DNA of 64,000 nt from an uncultured Verrucomicrobiae bacterium (GTDB lineage Bacteria > Verrucomicrobiota > Verrucomicrobiia > Limisphaerales > Palsa-1400): positions 3,456,001 to 3,520,000 of the forward strand of contig CAVXRD010000002.1 of NCBI GenBank assembly GCA_963764165.1, written 5' to 3'. Position numbers and translations under genes: made by a program. This document shows, piece by piece, positions 18,388-28,270 of the stretch. Numbering within the stretch: position 1 is the first letter of the stretch; every line of letters begins with the position of its first letter. Below the pieces are notes generated by a model, which ran no database searches, was not told the DNA's origin, and saw nothing but the letters and a program-made list of their open reading frames with translations.

Positions 18388-18987
18388 ATGTCAACGGAAC
18401 CTGATAAGTCAGCCATCCCGGAGGCGGACTTGGTCAGAATGTCCCAGCGAGGCGACTTGCAGGCGTTCGAGGAACTGGTGGCGCGGTATCGGGATAAAGT
18501 ATACGCGCGAGCGTATAGCATGATGCGCAATGAAGAGGAAGCGCTTGATCTTTCACAGGATGCATGGGTAAAGGGCTGGCAGCGGTTGGCGCAGTTTCAG
18601 GGTGATTCGAGTTTTATCACATGGATGACGAGGATTGTCATCAACCTGTGCTTGGATCAGTTGCGGAAGCACAAACGCCAGCGGGCGGAATCCATCGAGG
18701 CGATGGAGGAGGAAGGCGGGGTCGAGCGGCATTTGCCGGTGGAAAACCCGAACCCGACGAGCGGATTGGAGCGGGCGGAATTGCGGGAGCGGATTGACCG
18801 GGCATTGGCCCAGTTGTCGCATGAACACCGCACCGTGCTGGTCTTGCATGAATTTGAGGAAATGGAATATAAGGAAATCGCAAAGCGGATGAAGTGTTCG
18901 ATAGGGACGGTGATGTCCCGGTTATTTTACGCGCGGCGCAGAATGGCGTCGCTCTTGGCAGGTTTGAAACGAGAAAGTTCGGAATGA
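18388..18987 (+). CDS. ECF RNA polymerase sigma-70 factor (RpoE-like)
   Basis: AFEELVARY, DLSQDAW, F.TW..RI..N, YKEIA...GTVMSRLFYAR. Confidence 0.92.
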   Translation: MSTEPDKSAIPEADLVRMSQRGDLQAFEELVARYRDKVYARAYSMMRNEEEALDLSQDAWVKGWQRLAQFQGDSSFITWMTRIVINLCLDQLRKHKRQRAESIEAMEEEGGVERHLPVENPNPTSGLERAELRERIDRALAQLSHEHRTVLVLHEFEEMEYKEIAKRMKCSIGTVMSRLFYARRRMASLLAGLKRESSE

Positions 18988-19514
18988 AAGAAGATTTACA
19001 GTTAAAGGTTCAGGCATGGCTCGACGGCGAGTTGCCGGATCACGAAGCCCGGCAGCTTGGCGAGTGGATCGCCACGGATGCCGAGGCGTCAGCTTTAGTG
19101 GCGGAATTGGGCTCGGTTCATCGTGCTCTTTCGGGCAATGAGACCCACGCTGTCCTCACCGACAGCCGAGATTTTTATTGGAGCAAAATCGAGCGCCAGA
19201 TTCGGCGCGAGGCGGCGCAAGCGCCAGTCTACGCATCGATTCCGTGGTATGCGCGGCTGCGGCGTTACATGGCGCCGCTGGCGGGCGTGGCGGTTTTGGC
19301 CTGCGCCTTGCTGATGGCTGTGGTGCAACGTTCTTCGGCCCCGGTTGACGAGACTTCCTCGACCGGCGGCGGAATGGAGGCCCTTACTTTTCACGACCAA
19401 TCCGCGGGGATGACGGTTGTCTGGCTGCAGGATAACAGCGCGCCCGCGGAGGAAAAACCGCTCTTTAATAACGCACTTTTCGAGGACGAGCCGGGCACGG
19501 TTATCGACCTGTGA
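18984..19514 (+). CDS. Putative membrane anti-sigma factor
   Basis: ATGA overlap with sigma factor; AWLDGEL N-terminal motif; single TM. Confidence 0.75.
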   Translation: MKEDLQLKVQAWLDGELPDHEARQLGEWIATDAEASALVAELGSVHRALSGNETHAVLTDSRDFYWSKIERQIRREAAQAPVYASIPWYARLRRYMAPLAGVAVLACALLMAVVQRSSAPVDETSSTGGGMEALTFHDQSAGMTVVWLQDNSAPAEEKPLFNNALFEDEPGTVIDL

Positions 19515-19996
19515 TGAGCACATTCAAATTCCCCCTTTCTATGCGTTACGTTGTGCGACTCCTTCTGGCCGCGCTCCTTTTTGCCACAACCGCGGCGCGG
19601 GCTGGTGATCTCAAATTGGAGGCCCGCCTGGTGTGGGGCACCAATGAGGAAAAGGCCGGCCCAAACTGCAAGCCCGTCGACGCTGGCTTGGCTGAAAAAC
19701 TCCACGGCACTTTCAAGTGGAAGAATTATTACGAAATCACCAATCAACTGGCCGCGATTCCGGTTGGCAAAAGCAGCGATATAAAAATGAGCGGCAAATG
19801 CATGCTGCGGGTGAAGAACCTGGGCGAGTCGCGCATTGAAGTGAGTTGCATTGGTGACGGAAAAGAAGTCCACAAAGGCGCCTACACACTCACGCCCCCG
19901 AAATGGCTGGTTCTAGGCGGCAACGACAAGGACAACACCGCCTGGTTCGTCGGCGTCCGCGCCAGCGACGATGCGAAATCTATCAGCAAGAACTGA
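19511..19996 (+). CDS. Exported hypothetical protein in the ECF operon
   Basis: Signal peptide; overlaps the anti-sigma stop codon. Confidence 0.7.
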   Translation: MMSTFKFPLSMRYVVRLLLAALLFATTAARAGDLKLEARLVWGTNEEKAGPNCKPVDAGLAEKLHGTFKWKNYYEITNQLAAIPVGKSSDIKMSGKCMLRVKNLGESRIEVSCIGDGKEVHKGAYTLTPPKWLVLGGNDKDNTAWFVGVRASDDAKSISKN

Positions 19997-20014
19997 ATCC
20001 GGAACGGGGATTTT

Positions 20015-20190
20015 AATCTGGAACTCAGGAAATCAGGAAAAAACTGACATCGGTTTTCATGCGAATCTTGAATTCGCATCCATTTGATTGAATAGCTGTG
20101 CAAATTCTTTTCAACCTCCAGCTCTCGGAAATCACTTTCAAGGCGAGAGCGATCGAGAGCCTCTTTTCCTGAATTCCTGAGTTCCAGATT
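20015..20190. repeat. 176-bp MITE-like element with 27-bp terminal inverted repeats
   Basis: AATCTGGAACTCAGGAAATCAGGAAAA ... TTTTCCTGAATTCCTGAGTTCCAGATT (1 mismatch). Confidence 0.8.
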
Positions 20191-20265
20191 CAATCCATTT
20201 CCCCACCCCCACTTGCCTTGCGGCGCGGCGGAAGGCATCTTGTGGGGACAGGTTGCAACTGTCGT

Positions 20266-21315
20266 ATGAATTCCGCGGATATCCTAACTAACCGCTCCCA
20301 TCCGTATTATCGGACCTTCTGGCTGGCGGCCAGCTTGGTGATTGTGGCCATTGTCGGGGTGGCGGATTATCTGACCGGGTTCGAGCGGAACTTCTTCGCC
20401 TTTTATTTGATACCGATCATCATCGCGGTCTGGTGCGTGAGCCGTGGATACGGGATTTTTGTTTCGGCTTTGTGCGCGGTCGTCTCGCTGGCGGGCGATA
20501 TCAAGGCGGGTGCGCATTACTCCAGCCCGTTTGTGCCCATGTGGAATCTGGCCATCGCGCTGATTCTGTTTTTTGTGGTCATCTGGATTTCAGCGCGGCT
20601 GCGGACATTGCATTACGATCTAGAAGAAAGGGTGCGCCAGCGAACTTCCGCCCTGCACGACGAAATGCAGCGCCGGGTGAAGCTCGAGGAGGAAATCTTG
20701 AGCATCAGCGAACGCGAGCAGCAGCGCATTGGCCGCGATTTGCACGACAGCCTTTGCCAGCATCTGACCGGCGTCGCGCTGGCGGGCGAGGTGCTGAGCG
20801 AACAAATGGCGGCCAAATCCTTGCCGGAGGTGAAGGCGATGGGCCATATCGTCAAAATGGTGGAAGGCGCCATTGAGTTGACACGAACTTTGGCCCGCGG
20901 CCTGCACCCGATGGAATTAAAGGGCGAGGGATTCGTGGACGCGCTGCGGGAATTGACCTCCTCAATGGACGATGGATTGAACCGGCATTGCGTCTTTGAG
21001 TGCGAAAGTCCGGTCGAGATTTGCGAAGCCGGCGTGGCGACGCATCTGTATCGAATCGCCCAGGAAGCGCTTAACAATGCTGTCAAACATAGCCGCGCCA
21101 GGGAGGTTGCCGTCCGGCTGGAAACCGGCGAGGACGGCCTGACGCTCCAGATTTGCGATGATGGCATTGGATTGGGCGCGAACGCGGCACCCGGCATGGG
21201 CCTCCGCACGATGGCCTATCGCGCCAGCGTCATCGGCGCCGACTTCAAAATAGAGCGGCGCGAAAACAACGGCACGTGCGTCTCTTGCAAATTGCCGAAT
21301 GACTGCTTTAATTAA
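20266..21315 (+). CDS. Membrane sensor histidine kinase (HisKA_3 family)
   Basis: EQQRIGRDLHDSLCQ, RIAQEALNNAVKH, DDGIG, GMGL. Confidence 0.92.
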   Translation: MNSADILTNRSHPYYRTFWLAASLVIVAIVGVADYLTGFERNFFAFYLIPIIIAVWCVSRGYGIFVSALCAVVSLAGDIKAGAHYSSPFVPMWNLAIALILFFVVIWISARLRTLHYDLEERVRQRTSALHDEMQRRVKLEEEILSISEREQQRIGRDLHDSLCQHLTGVALAGEVLSEQMAAKSLPEVKAMGHIVKMVEGAIELTRTLARGLHPMELKGEGFVDALRELTSSMDDGLNRHCVFECESPVEICEAGVATHLYRIAQEALNNAVKHSRAREVAVRLETGEDGLTLQICDDGIGLGANAAPGMGLRTMAYRASVIGADFKIERRENNGTCVSCKLPNDCFN

Positions 21316-21322
21316 TTGACCC

Positions 21323-21979
21323 ATGGCACTGAAGGCGAAAATTCTGCTGGTTGACGATCATCCCATGGTGCGCGAATGGCTTGGCACCTTGATCAACCAG
21401 CAAGCAGACATGGAGGTTTGCGGCGAAGCGGACACGGCCCCGAAAGCCTTGCAGCTCGTTGCTTCCTTGAAACCGCGAGTCGCCGTGGTGGATATTTCCA
21501 TGGAAGGCGGCTCGGGGCTGGAGTTGATCAAGAACGTCAAGGCAGCCCATCCCGAAACCACCGTCATCGTCCTCTCGATGCACGATGAAACGCTTTATGC
21601 CGAACGCGCCCTTCGGGCCGGCGCCCGCGGCTACATCATGAAACGCGAAGCCACCAAGGGTGTGCTGCAAGGCATCCGGACGGTTCTTAACGGGAAACTC
21701 TACGTCAGCGAAAAGCTGGCCATGATCATTGCTGAAAAATTTGTTGACGCAAAGCCCAAGCCAGCCGGCTCCATTGTCGATCAACTGAGCGACCGCGAAC
21801 TGGAGGTTTTCGATTTGCTCGGGCGCGGCCTCGGCACGCGCCGGATCGCGGAAGAGCTTCACATCAGTGTCAAAACCGTCCAGGCATTTTGCGCGCGCAT
21901 CAAGGAAAAGCTGCAGTTGGCGGACGCGACGGAATTGCTGCATGAAGCCCTCCGCTGGCACGAGGCGCAGCAAAGATAG
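21323..21979 (+). CDS. NarL/LuxR response regulator
   Basis: LVDDHP receiver domain; LSDRELEVF LuxR HTH. Confidence 0.94.
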   Translation: MALKAKILLVDDHPMVREWLGTLINQQADMEVCGEADTAPKALQLVASLKPRVAVVDISMEGGSGLELIKNVKAAHPETTVIVLSMHDETLYAERALRAGARGYIMKREATKGVLQGIRTVLNGKLYVSEKLAMIIAEKFVDAKPKPAGSIVDQLSDRELEVFDLLGRGLGTRRIAEELHISVKTVQAFCARIKEKLQLADATELLHEALRWHEAQQR

Positions 21980-22249
21980 CGCGCAACCCGTTCAGGCCCG
22001 ACGCATCCAAACGACTCCCGGTTTGAAATCCCGATGGATGAACCCGCTTTCGCGCGCCGCCGTGTTAAGAAGTTTTTAACGCCCCCGCGCCGCCTTTTAA
22101 CTACCGCCCTCGCCCTGCCAGTGTCACGTTGACAACAGCAGTCGGCGCATTACCCGCGCAACTTTATGAACGAATTTATTATTGCCGGCGCGATCATCGC
22201 ATTCTTTGCCATCGCAGCGGCGCACACGCGATGCCCGCGCTGTACTATG

Positions 22250-22283
22250 GCATCCTACAGCAACTTTAGGTCGCATCCTACAG
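22250..22283 (+). promoter_or_regulatory. 11-bp direct repeat GCATCCTACAG, candidate regulator site for the efflux operon
   Basis: Exact copies at 22250 and 22273, upstream of the TolC gene. Confidence 0.4.
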
Positions 22284-22453
22284 ACGTAGAAACTTTCCAC
22301 ATTTACTCTAAGGCAAGCTAAGCGTAATAAAGCGCGAGTTGACAGGGAAGGGTGTGCTCGCTCCGGTCTTACGCGGTGCCCAAATTCGCGGGCCGAAGCG
22401 AGTCTGACTCGTTGCCAAAAGGGCCACCCCGGACGTCGGCAATTCGTCCAGCG

Positions 22454-23819
22454 ATGAAGCAAAAACTTTCGATACTTGACAAAAGTTTCGCCGCGTTCAA
22501 ACGCGGCGCGATGATGCTTTGTCTGGCACTGCCCGCATTGATCTCAGACCCGGCTTCCGCCGAGCCGGACACCAACAATGGCCCTGCCACGATCTCGCTC
22601 GCCGAAGCCCGCGAACTCGCCTTCACGAAAAATTGGGATTTGCTGGCCGCCAAGGCTGGCATTGACGCCGCCGCCGCGCAATTGATCGTGGCCAAGGAAT
22701 ATCCCAATCCCACGGCGTCGCTTTCGACTTTTTACATCGGCGCCGGCCAGGCTGGAACCGCGGTGGGCAACGGCTTGTGGCAGCGGAGTTACGACACGAT
22801 TTTTTCTGTCAATCAATTGGTTGAAATCGCGGGCAAGCGCCATGACCGCCAGACCGCCGCCCGCGAAGGCATCATCGGCGCGAAGGCGCGATTCTATGAC
22901 GCCAAGCGAATGCTTGAGCAGGGCGTGACCAAGGCCTACATCGCCGCTCAACTGGCGCAGGAAAACGTCCGCATCTTGAATGAATCTTCGCGCTTATTGC
23001 AGCACGAGGCGGACATTGCGGGCGCCCGATTCAAGGCCGGCGATTTGTCGGATTCAGACAAGAAACAAATTGAGATCACCGCCGAGCAATTCGCGTTGCA
23101 GGCGAAATCGGCTGAGGCAACCGCCATCCAGGCGCGCATCGCGCTCGAAGTCTTGATGGGGATTCCCAAGCCCACGGCAAACGTGACTCTATCCGATTCG
23201 CTGACAAATCTCGTTGCCGCGCCCCTTCCCGAGACGACCAACGCGAGCCCCGACACCGCCCGCCCGGACGTCCTCGCGGCGGAGGCGGATTTAAGAAGCG
23301 CGCGAGCCAATCTCAAACTGCAGAGGGCCATTCGCATTCCCGATCCGACGATCGAACTCGCCTACCAGCATCAGCCGCCCACGGGCGGAGGCGGTCCGCC
23401 GGATGACACGCTGGGCGTGGGAGTCAGCTTTCCGCTGCCGATTTGGAACTTGAACGGCGGCAACATCAAATCCGCCCAAGCCAGCGTCGATCAGGTACTG
23501 GACGGCGGCCGGCAAAGCGCGCATGCAAGTGCAAGCCGACATCTCCAACGCTGAAAGCGAATACGACGAAGCGCGCGCGCGCTGGCGAAGTTACGTTGAG
23601 AAGACGGCGCCCAAGTCCACCAGTGTCCGCCAGTCGGTGGCGTTTGCGTATGAAAAAGGCGGCTCTTCGCTCGTCGATTTGCTGGACGCCGAACGGACGG
23701 ACAACGACGTCCGCCTGGCGACCGTCCAGGCGATGGCGGACACGGCCAGCGCCATGGCGGACCTCTCCGCCGCGCGCAACGTCGTCAGCCAATCGAAATT
23801 GAACGCCAGAAAAGAATGA
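22454..23819 (+). CDS. TolC/CzcC outer membrane efflux protein, split by a +1 frameshift near 23494
   Basis: OEP motifs (YPNP, RPD, SFPLPIWNLNGGNI); removing one G in GATCAGGTACTGG restores ...DQYWTAAGKARMQVQAD... through SLVDLLDAER. Confidence 0.85.
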
Positions 23820-24982
23820 CCATGAATATTTTGAAAGCCTTGCTGTGCGCGGGAATCGTGGTTCTCGCCGCTGGCTGCAAGAAGGAGAAAGTCGAAAGCT
23901 TTCCACGCCCGCCGGAACCGAAGATTCAAGGCGAGAAAGTTGTGTTTGACACCAACGCGCCGCAATTGGCCTTCGTTTCAGTGCAGGCGGCGCAGCCGCG
24001 CACGAATTCGGTTTCTCACGTCACGGGCCGGCTGGGTTGGGATGAAGACACGACAGTCGGCGTGTTCTCGCCGGTGGCGGGCCGGGTCGTCCGCATTAAG
24101 GCTGACTTAGGGGAACACGTTTCAGTTGGAACGCCGCTGGCGGAAATTGATTCGCCGGATTTTGCCCAAGCCGTCGCCAACGCCCGCACGTCCGCTGGAA
24201 GCCTTGCAGCGGCCGACAAGGCTTACTCGCGCAGCAAAGAACTTCTGGCCCACGGCGCCGCGGCTGCGAAAGACGTCGAGGCTGCCGAGGCCGCTTACAT
24301 TGCGGCCCTGGCGGAAAAGGACCGCGCCCGGGCGGTGCTGGCCAATTATGGGGGGACGGACAAGTGCACCAATGGCGTTTACATTTTGCGCAGCCCGATT
24401 GCCGGCGTGCTGGTGGAAAAAAACATCAGCCTCGGCCAGGAACTTCGGGCGGACCAGATGCTCGCCAACGCGCCCAATCTCTTCGCCCCGAATTTCATTG
24501 TCAGTGATCCGAGCAAGCTGTGGCTGCAATTGGATGTGTCGGAATCCGACCTGTCGACGCTGAAAATTGGCCAGCATCTCAAAATTCATTCCCGCTCCTT
24601 TCCAGACAAGGTCTTCGATGGAACGCTGGAACGCATCGGCGAAACGATGGACGCCAGCACCCGCACCGTCAAGGTGCGCGGCTCTGTCAACAATTCCGAG
24701 AACTTGCTAAAGGCGGAGATGTATGTCCTGGCCGATATTGTCGATGACGCCTCCAAAAATGGCTCGCTGGGAGTGGAGATTTCCTCGAAGGCGCTCTTCA
24801 TGAAAGGCGACGATTCCTACGTTTTCCTCGAAGACGCCCCGGGAACTTACGAGCGCAAACAAGTCAAAGTCGGCTTGGAAAAAGACGGCAAGGTTCCCGT
24901 TTTCGACGGCGTCAGCGCCGGGCAGAAAGTGGTCGTTGAAGGCGCGCTGCTCTTGCAGGCGCTGGTGGAGCCTTCGACATAA
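23816..24982 (+). CDS. RND efflux periplasmic adaptor (CzcB-like lipoprotein)
   Basis: Lipobox LAAGC, LRSPIAG, TRTVKVR, LKAEMY. Confidence 0.9.
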   Translation: MTMNILKALLCAGIVVLAAGCKKEKVESFPRPPEPKIQGEKVVFDTNAPQLAFVSVQAAQPRTNSVSHVTGRLGWDEDTTVGVFSPVAGRVVRIKADLGEHVSVGTPLAEIDSPDFAQAVANARTSAGSLAAADKAYSRSKELLAHGAAAAKDVEAAEAAYIAALAEKDRARAVLANYGGTDKCTNGVYILRSPIAGVLVEKNISLGQELRADQMLANAPNLFAPNFIVSDPSKLWLQLDVSESDLSTLKIGQHLKIHSRSFPDKVFDGTLERIGETMDASTRTVKVRGSVNNSENLLKAEMYVLADIVDDASKNGSLGVEISSKALFMKGDDSYVFLEDAPGTYERKQVKVGLEKDGKVPVFDGVSAGQKVVVEGALLLQALVEPST

Positions 24983-25012
24983 TTTTGCGACTGATTTGAC
25001 CCCGCTCGCCTC

Positions 25013-28000
25013 ATGATCAACGTCCTGACAACAAAAGCCCTGCACAATCGCGCCATCGTGATCGCGCTGATGTGCGTGTTTATCTTTTGCGGGGCGATGG
25101 CCTTCCACGAAATTCCCGTCGAGGCTTACCCGGACGTGACCAACGTGAGCGTCCAGGTGCTGACTCTGTTTCCCGGACACGCCGCGGAGGAAGTCGAGCG
25201 GCTCATCACGATCCCCATAGAAAACGTGATGAATGGAATTCCCAAGCGCGTGTCGATGCGCTCGATTTCGGAATTCGGCCTGTCGCAAATCACGATCGTT
25301 TTCGAGGATGACGCGGAGAATGCCTACGTCCGCAATCTGGCCAGTCAATTATTGGGAACGGTGACGCTTCCCTCCGGCGCGCAGGCGTCCCTTTCGCCGG
25401 ACGCGACTCCGATCGGCGAGGTCTATCGCTACACGATGCGCGCCGTGCCAGGCTTCCCGGCCGAGGAAGTTCGCGCGCTGGAAGATTGGGTGGTGGAGAA
25501 GAAAATGCGCTCGGTCCCGGGCGTGGTGGATGTGAATCCGTTCGGCGGATTGACCAAGCAATACCAGGTGCTGGTCGATCCGCTGAAGCTGCGATCGTAC
25601 GGATTGAATTTGTCGCAAGTTTTCACCGCGCTCTCGAACGGCAACGCCAACGCTGGCGGCTCCTATGTCGAGCACGGGACGGAACTTTACATTGTGCGCG
25701 GGCTCGGGCTGATCAACAGCGTTTCCGATATTGAAAAAATCACCGTTGCAACAGTCAACGGCACACCGATTCACATTAGCGACGTGGGGCGCGTCATCAT
25801 CGGCCATGCCAACCGCCTCGGGCGGGTCGGCCGGACGGAAGGCGCCAAAGATGAAGATGATGTGCCGGAAGACATTGTCGTGATGCGAAAAGGGGAGAAT
25901 CCGTTGGAAGTCTGCCGCCGCATCGACAAAATGGCCGACGAGGTCAACGAGAAATACCTGCCGCCCGGCGTGCGCTTGGTCAAGTATTATGACCGCACCG
26001 GCCTGACGGAGCGCACGCTTCATACCGTCGGCCACAACATGATCGAAGGCATCGCTCTGGTGCTCTTCGTGCTCTTTCTGTTTCTGGGTCTTGGCAATTG
26101 GCGCTCAGCGCTGGTGGTGGCGCTGGCGGTGCCATTCGCACTGCTCGGAGCATTTCTCCTGCTGGATCTGCGCGGCATTCCCGCCAACCTCATTTCGATG
26201 GGCGCCATTGATTTTGGGATCATCGTCGATTCCGCCGTCGTGGTGATGGAAAACCTCCTCCGCATCCTCGAGGAGAGGCGCGGAAAAATTCATTCGCTCA
26301 ACGCCGCCATTCTCGAAGCCACCACTGAAATGGGCCGCCCGATCATCTTTTCCAAGGTCATTTTGCTGACCGCATTTATTCCGCTTTTCACCATGCAGCG
26401 CGTCGAGGGCCGCATTTTCAAACCCATGGCGCTGACACTGACGTTCGCGCTGATTACCGGGACGATTTTTGCGATTCTCATCGTGCCACCGCTGGCCAGC
26501 GTGGCGCTGCGCCGCCTGAAAATCGCGGCGCATGAAGCGTGGATCGTGCGCAAGCTTGTGGGCGGCTACCGCCCCTCTTTGAATTACGCGCTCCGCGTTC
26601 CGAAACTCGTGTATATCATCTCCGCCATCGCTTTGTTGCTTGGCGCTTTTGTTTACACGCGTCTGGGAAGCGAGTTCCTGCCGAAACTAGATGAGGGCGA
26701 TTTGTGGGTGCGGACGTTTGTGCCGCAATCCATCTCGCCCTCCGAATCGGCCAAGATCACGCAGCAGGTTCGCAAGATCATGGCTTCGTTCCCGGAGGTG
26801 CGATACGTCGTCAGCCAGATCGGGCGGCCGGACGACGGCACGGACGTCAACGGCTGGGATATTTCCGAATACAGCGTCGGCCTGAAACCGCGCCAGGAAT
26901 GGAAGACCGCGCATTCGCGGGAAAAATTGTGCGAGGCGATGGATGCCAAAATCCGCGCCATTCCCGGGATCGACACGCAGTTCAGCCAATACATCGAAGA
27001 CAACGTCAACGAAGCGGTGTCCGGCATTAAAAGCGAGCTGGCCATCAAAATTTTCGGGCCGGACACGACGAAGCTTCAGGAAATCGCCGACCAGATTGTG
27101 GATATTGTCAAAAATGTGCCCGGCGCATCTGATGTCGGCACGGATCGCCTGCTCGGCCAGCCGCAAATTCAAATCACGATCGACCGCGCCGCCATTGGCC
27201 GCTACGGGCTGGCGGTGGCGGACATTCAAACCGTGGTCGCCACAGCCATCGGCGGCCAGGCTGCCACGCAAGTGCTGGAGGGTGAGCGCTCGTTCGATCT
27301 TGTCGTGCGCTTGAATCCCCAGTCGGTGGCGGATTTGGAGTCAATTCGGAACATTCCCATCTTCGGTTCCAACGGCGAACGGATCACGCTTGGGACGCTG
27401 GCTTCGGTGGATGCGCGGCCCGGCTTGAACCTTATTGACCGCGAGGAAAATGAGCGCCGCACCGCCGTGAAAATTTCCGTGCGCGACCGCGACCTTGGCT
27501 CGCTCGTCGCGGAAGCGGAGCAGAAAGTCAACGCCAAGGTGCATTTGCCAACGGGCTACCGGCTGGTTTGGACGGGCGCATTCGAGAATGAAAAACGGGC
27601 GGAGCGCCGCCTGGCGGTGGTGGTGCCGATCACGATTGCGGCGATTTTCTTTTTGCTCTTCATCGCGTTTGATTCGGGAAAATTTGCTTCATTGATATTA
27701 TTGACAGTTCCCTTCGCGGCCGTTGGCGGATTGATCGCGCTGCTGGCGGCGGATTTGAATATGTCGGTGGCGGCGCTGGTGGGCTTTGTGGCGCTGTTCG
27801 GCGTTTCGATTCAGAACAGCGTCATCCTCGTCACCCGCATCCGTGAACTGCGCAGGGATGGCTTGGACATGGGGGTGGCCATTCGCGAAGGCGCGACCTC
27901 GCGTGTGCGGCCGATGGTGATGACGGCGCTGATGGCGCTGCTGGGATTGCTACCGATGGCGCTTTCCAGTGGCGTTGGCGCAGAAACGGCGCGGCCATTC

Positions 28001-28162
28001 GCGGTGGTTATCATTGGCGGCTTGATCACCGGAACGGTTTTGACGCTTTTCCTGTTGCCTCTTCTCTATCCCTCGTTCGAATCCGATGAAGACCGGGCAG
28101 CGCATTCGGCAAACGCGGACGAATTGCGCCGCAGCCAAGGCGGTTCGCCCGCCTCGGCGTAA
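25013..28162 (+). CDS. CusA/CzcA heavy-metal-family RND permease
   Basis: PVEAYPDVT, GAIDFGIIVDSAVVVMEN, EFLPKLDEG, RVRPMVMTA. Confidence 0.95.
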   Translation: MINVLTTKALHNRAIVIALMCVFIFCGAMAFHEIPVEAYPDVTNVSVQVLTLFPGHAAEEVERLITIPIENVMNGIPKRVSMRSISEFGLSQITIVFEDDAENAYVRNLASQLLGTVTLPSGAQASLSPDATPIGEVYRYTMRAVPGFPAEEVRALEDWVVEKKMRSVPGVVDVNPFGGLTKQYQVLVDPLKLRSYGLNLSQVFTALSNGNANAGGSYVEHGTELYIVRGLGLINSVSDIEKITVATVNGTPIHISDVGRVIIGHANRLGRVGRTEGAKDEDDVPEDIVVMRKGENPLEVCRRIDKMADEVNEKYLPPGVRLVKYYDRTGLTERTLHTVGHNMIEGIALVLFVLFLFLGLGNWRSALVVALAVPFALLGAFLLLDLRGIPANLISMGAIDFGIIVDSAVVVMENLLRILEERRGKIHSLNAAILEATTEMGRPIIFSKVILLTAFIPLFTMQRVEGRIFKPMALTLTFALITGTIFAILIVPPLASVALRRLKIAAHEAWIVRKLVGGYRPSLNYALRVPKLVYIISAIALLLGAFVYTRLGSEFLPKLDEGDLWVRTFVPQSISPSESAKITQQVRKIMASFPEVRYVVSQIGRPDDGTDVNGWDISEYSVGLKPRQEWKTAHSREKLCEAMDAKIRAIPGIDTQFSQYIEDNVNEAVSGIKSELAIKIFGPDTTKLQEIADQIVDIVKNVPGASDVGTDRLLGQPQIQITIDRAAIGRYGLAVADIQTVVATAIGGQAATQVLEGERSFDLVVRLNPQSVADLESIRNIPIFGSNGERITLGTLASVDARPGLNLIDREENERRTAVKISVRDRDLGSLVAEAEQKVNAKVHLPTGYRLVWTGAFENEKRAERRLAVVVPITIAAIFFLLFIAFDSGKFASLILLTVPFAAVGGLIALLAADLNMSVAALVGFVALFGVSIQNSVILVTRIRELRRDGLDMGVAIREGATSRVRPMVMTALMALLGLLPMALSSGVGAETARPFAVVIIGGLITGTVLTLFLLPLLYPSFESDEDRAAHSANADELRRSQGGSPASA

Positions 28163-28181
28163 CGCAGCCGAACCTCGCCCG

Positions 28182-28233
28182 GATGCCGGAGGCATCACAG
28201 CTTGCATCCTGCCGGGATGCGGACCGCCGCACT
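28182..28233. repeat. Collapsed copy of the REP element at 43870-45398
   Basis: GATGCCGGAGGCATCACAG joined directly to CTTGCATCCTGCCGGGATGC. Confidence 0.65.
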
Positions 28234-28270
28234 CAACGGCCAAGTCCATCGCTCGCCCTATCATCCGCCA

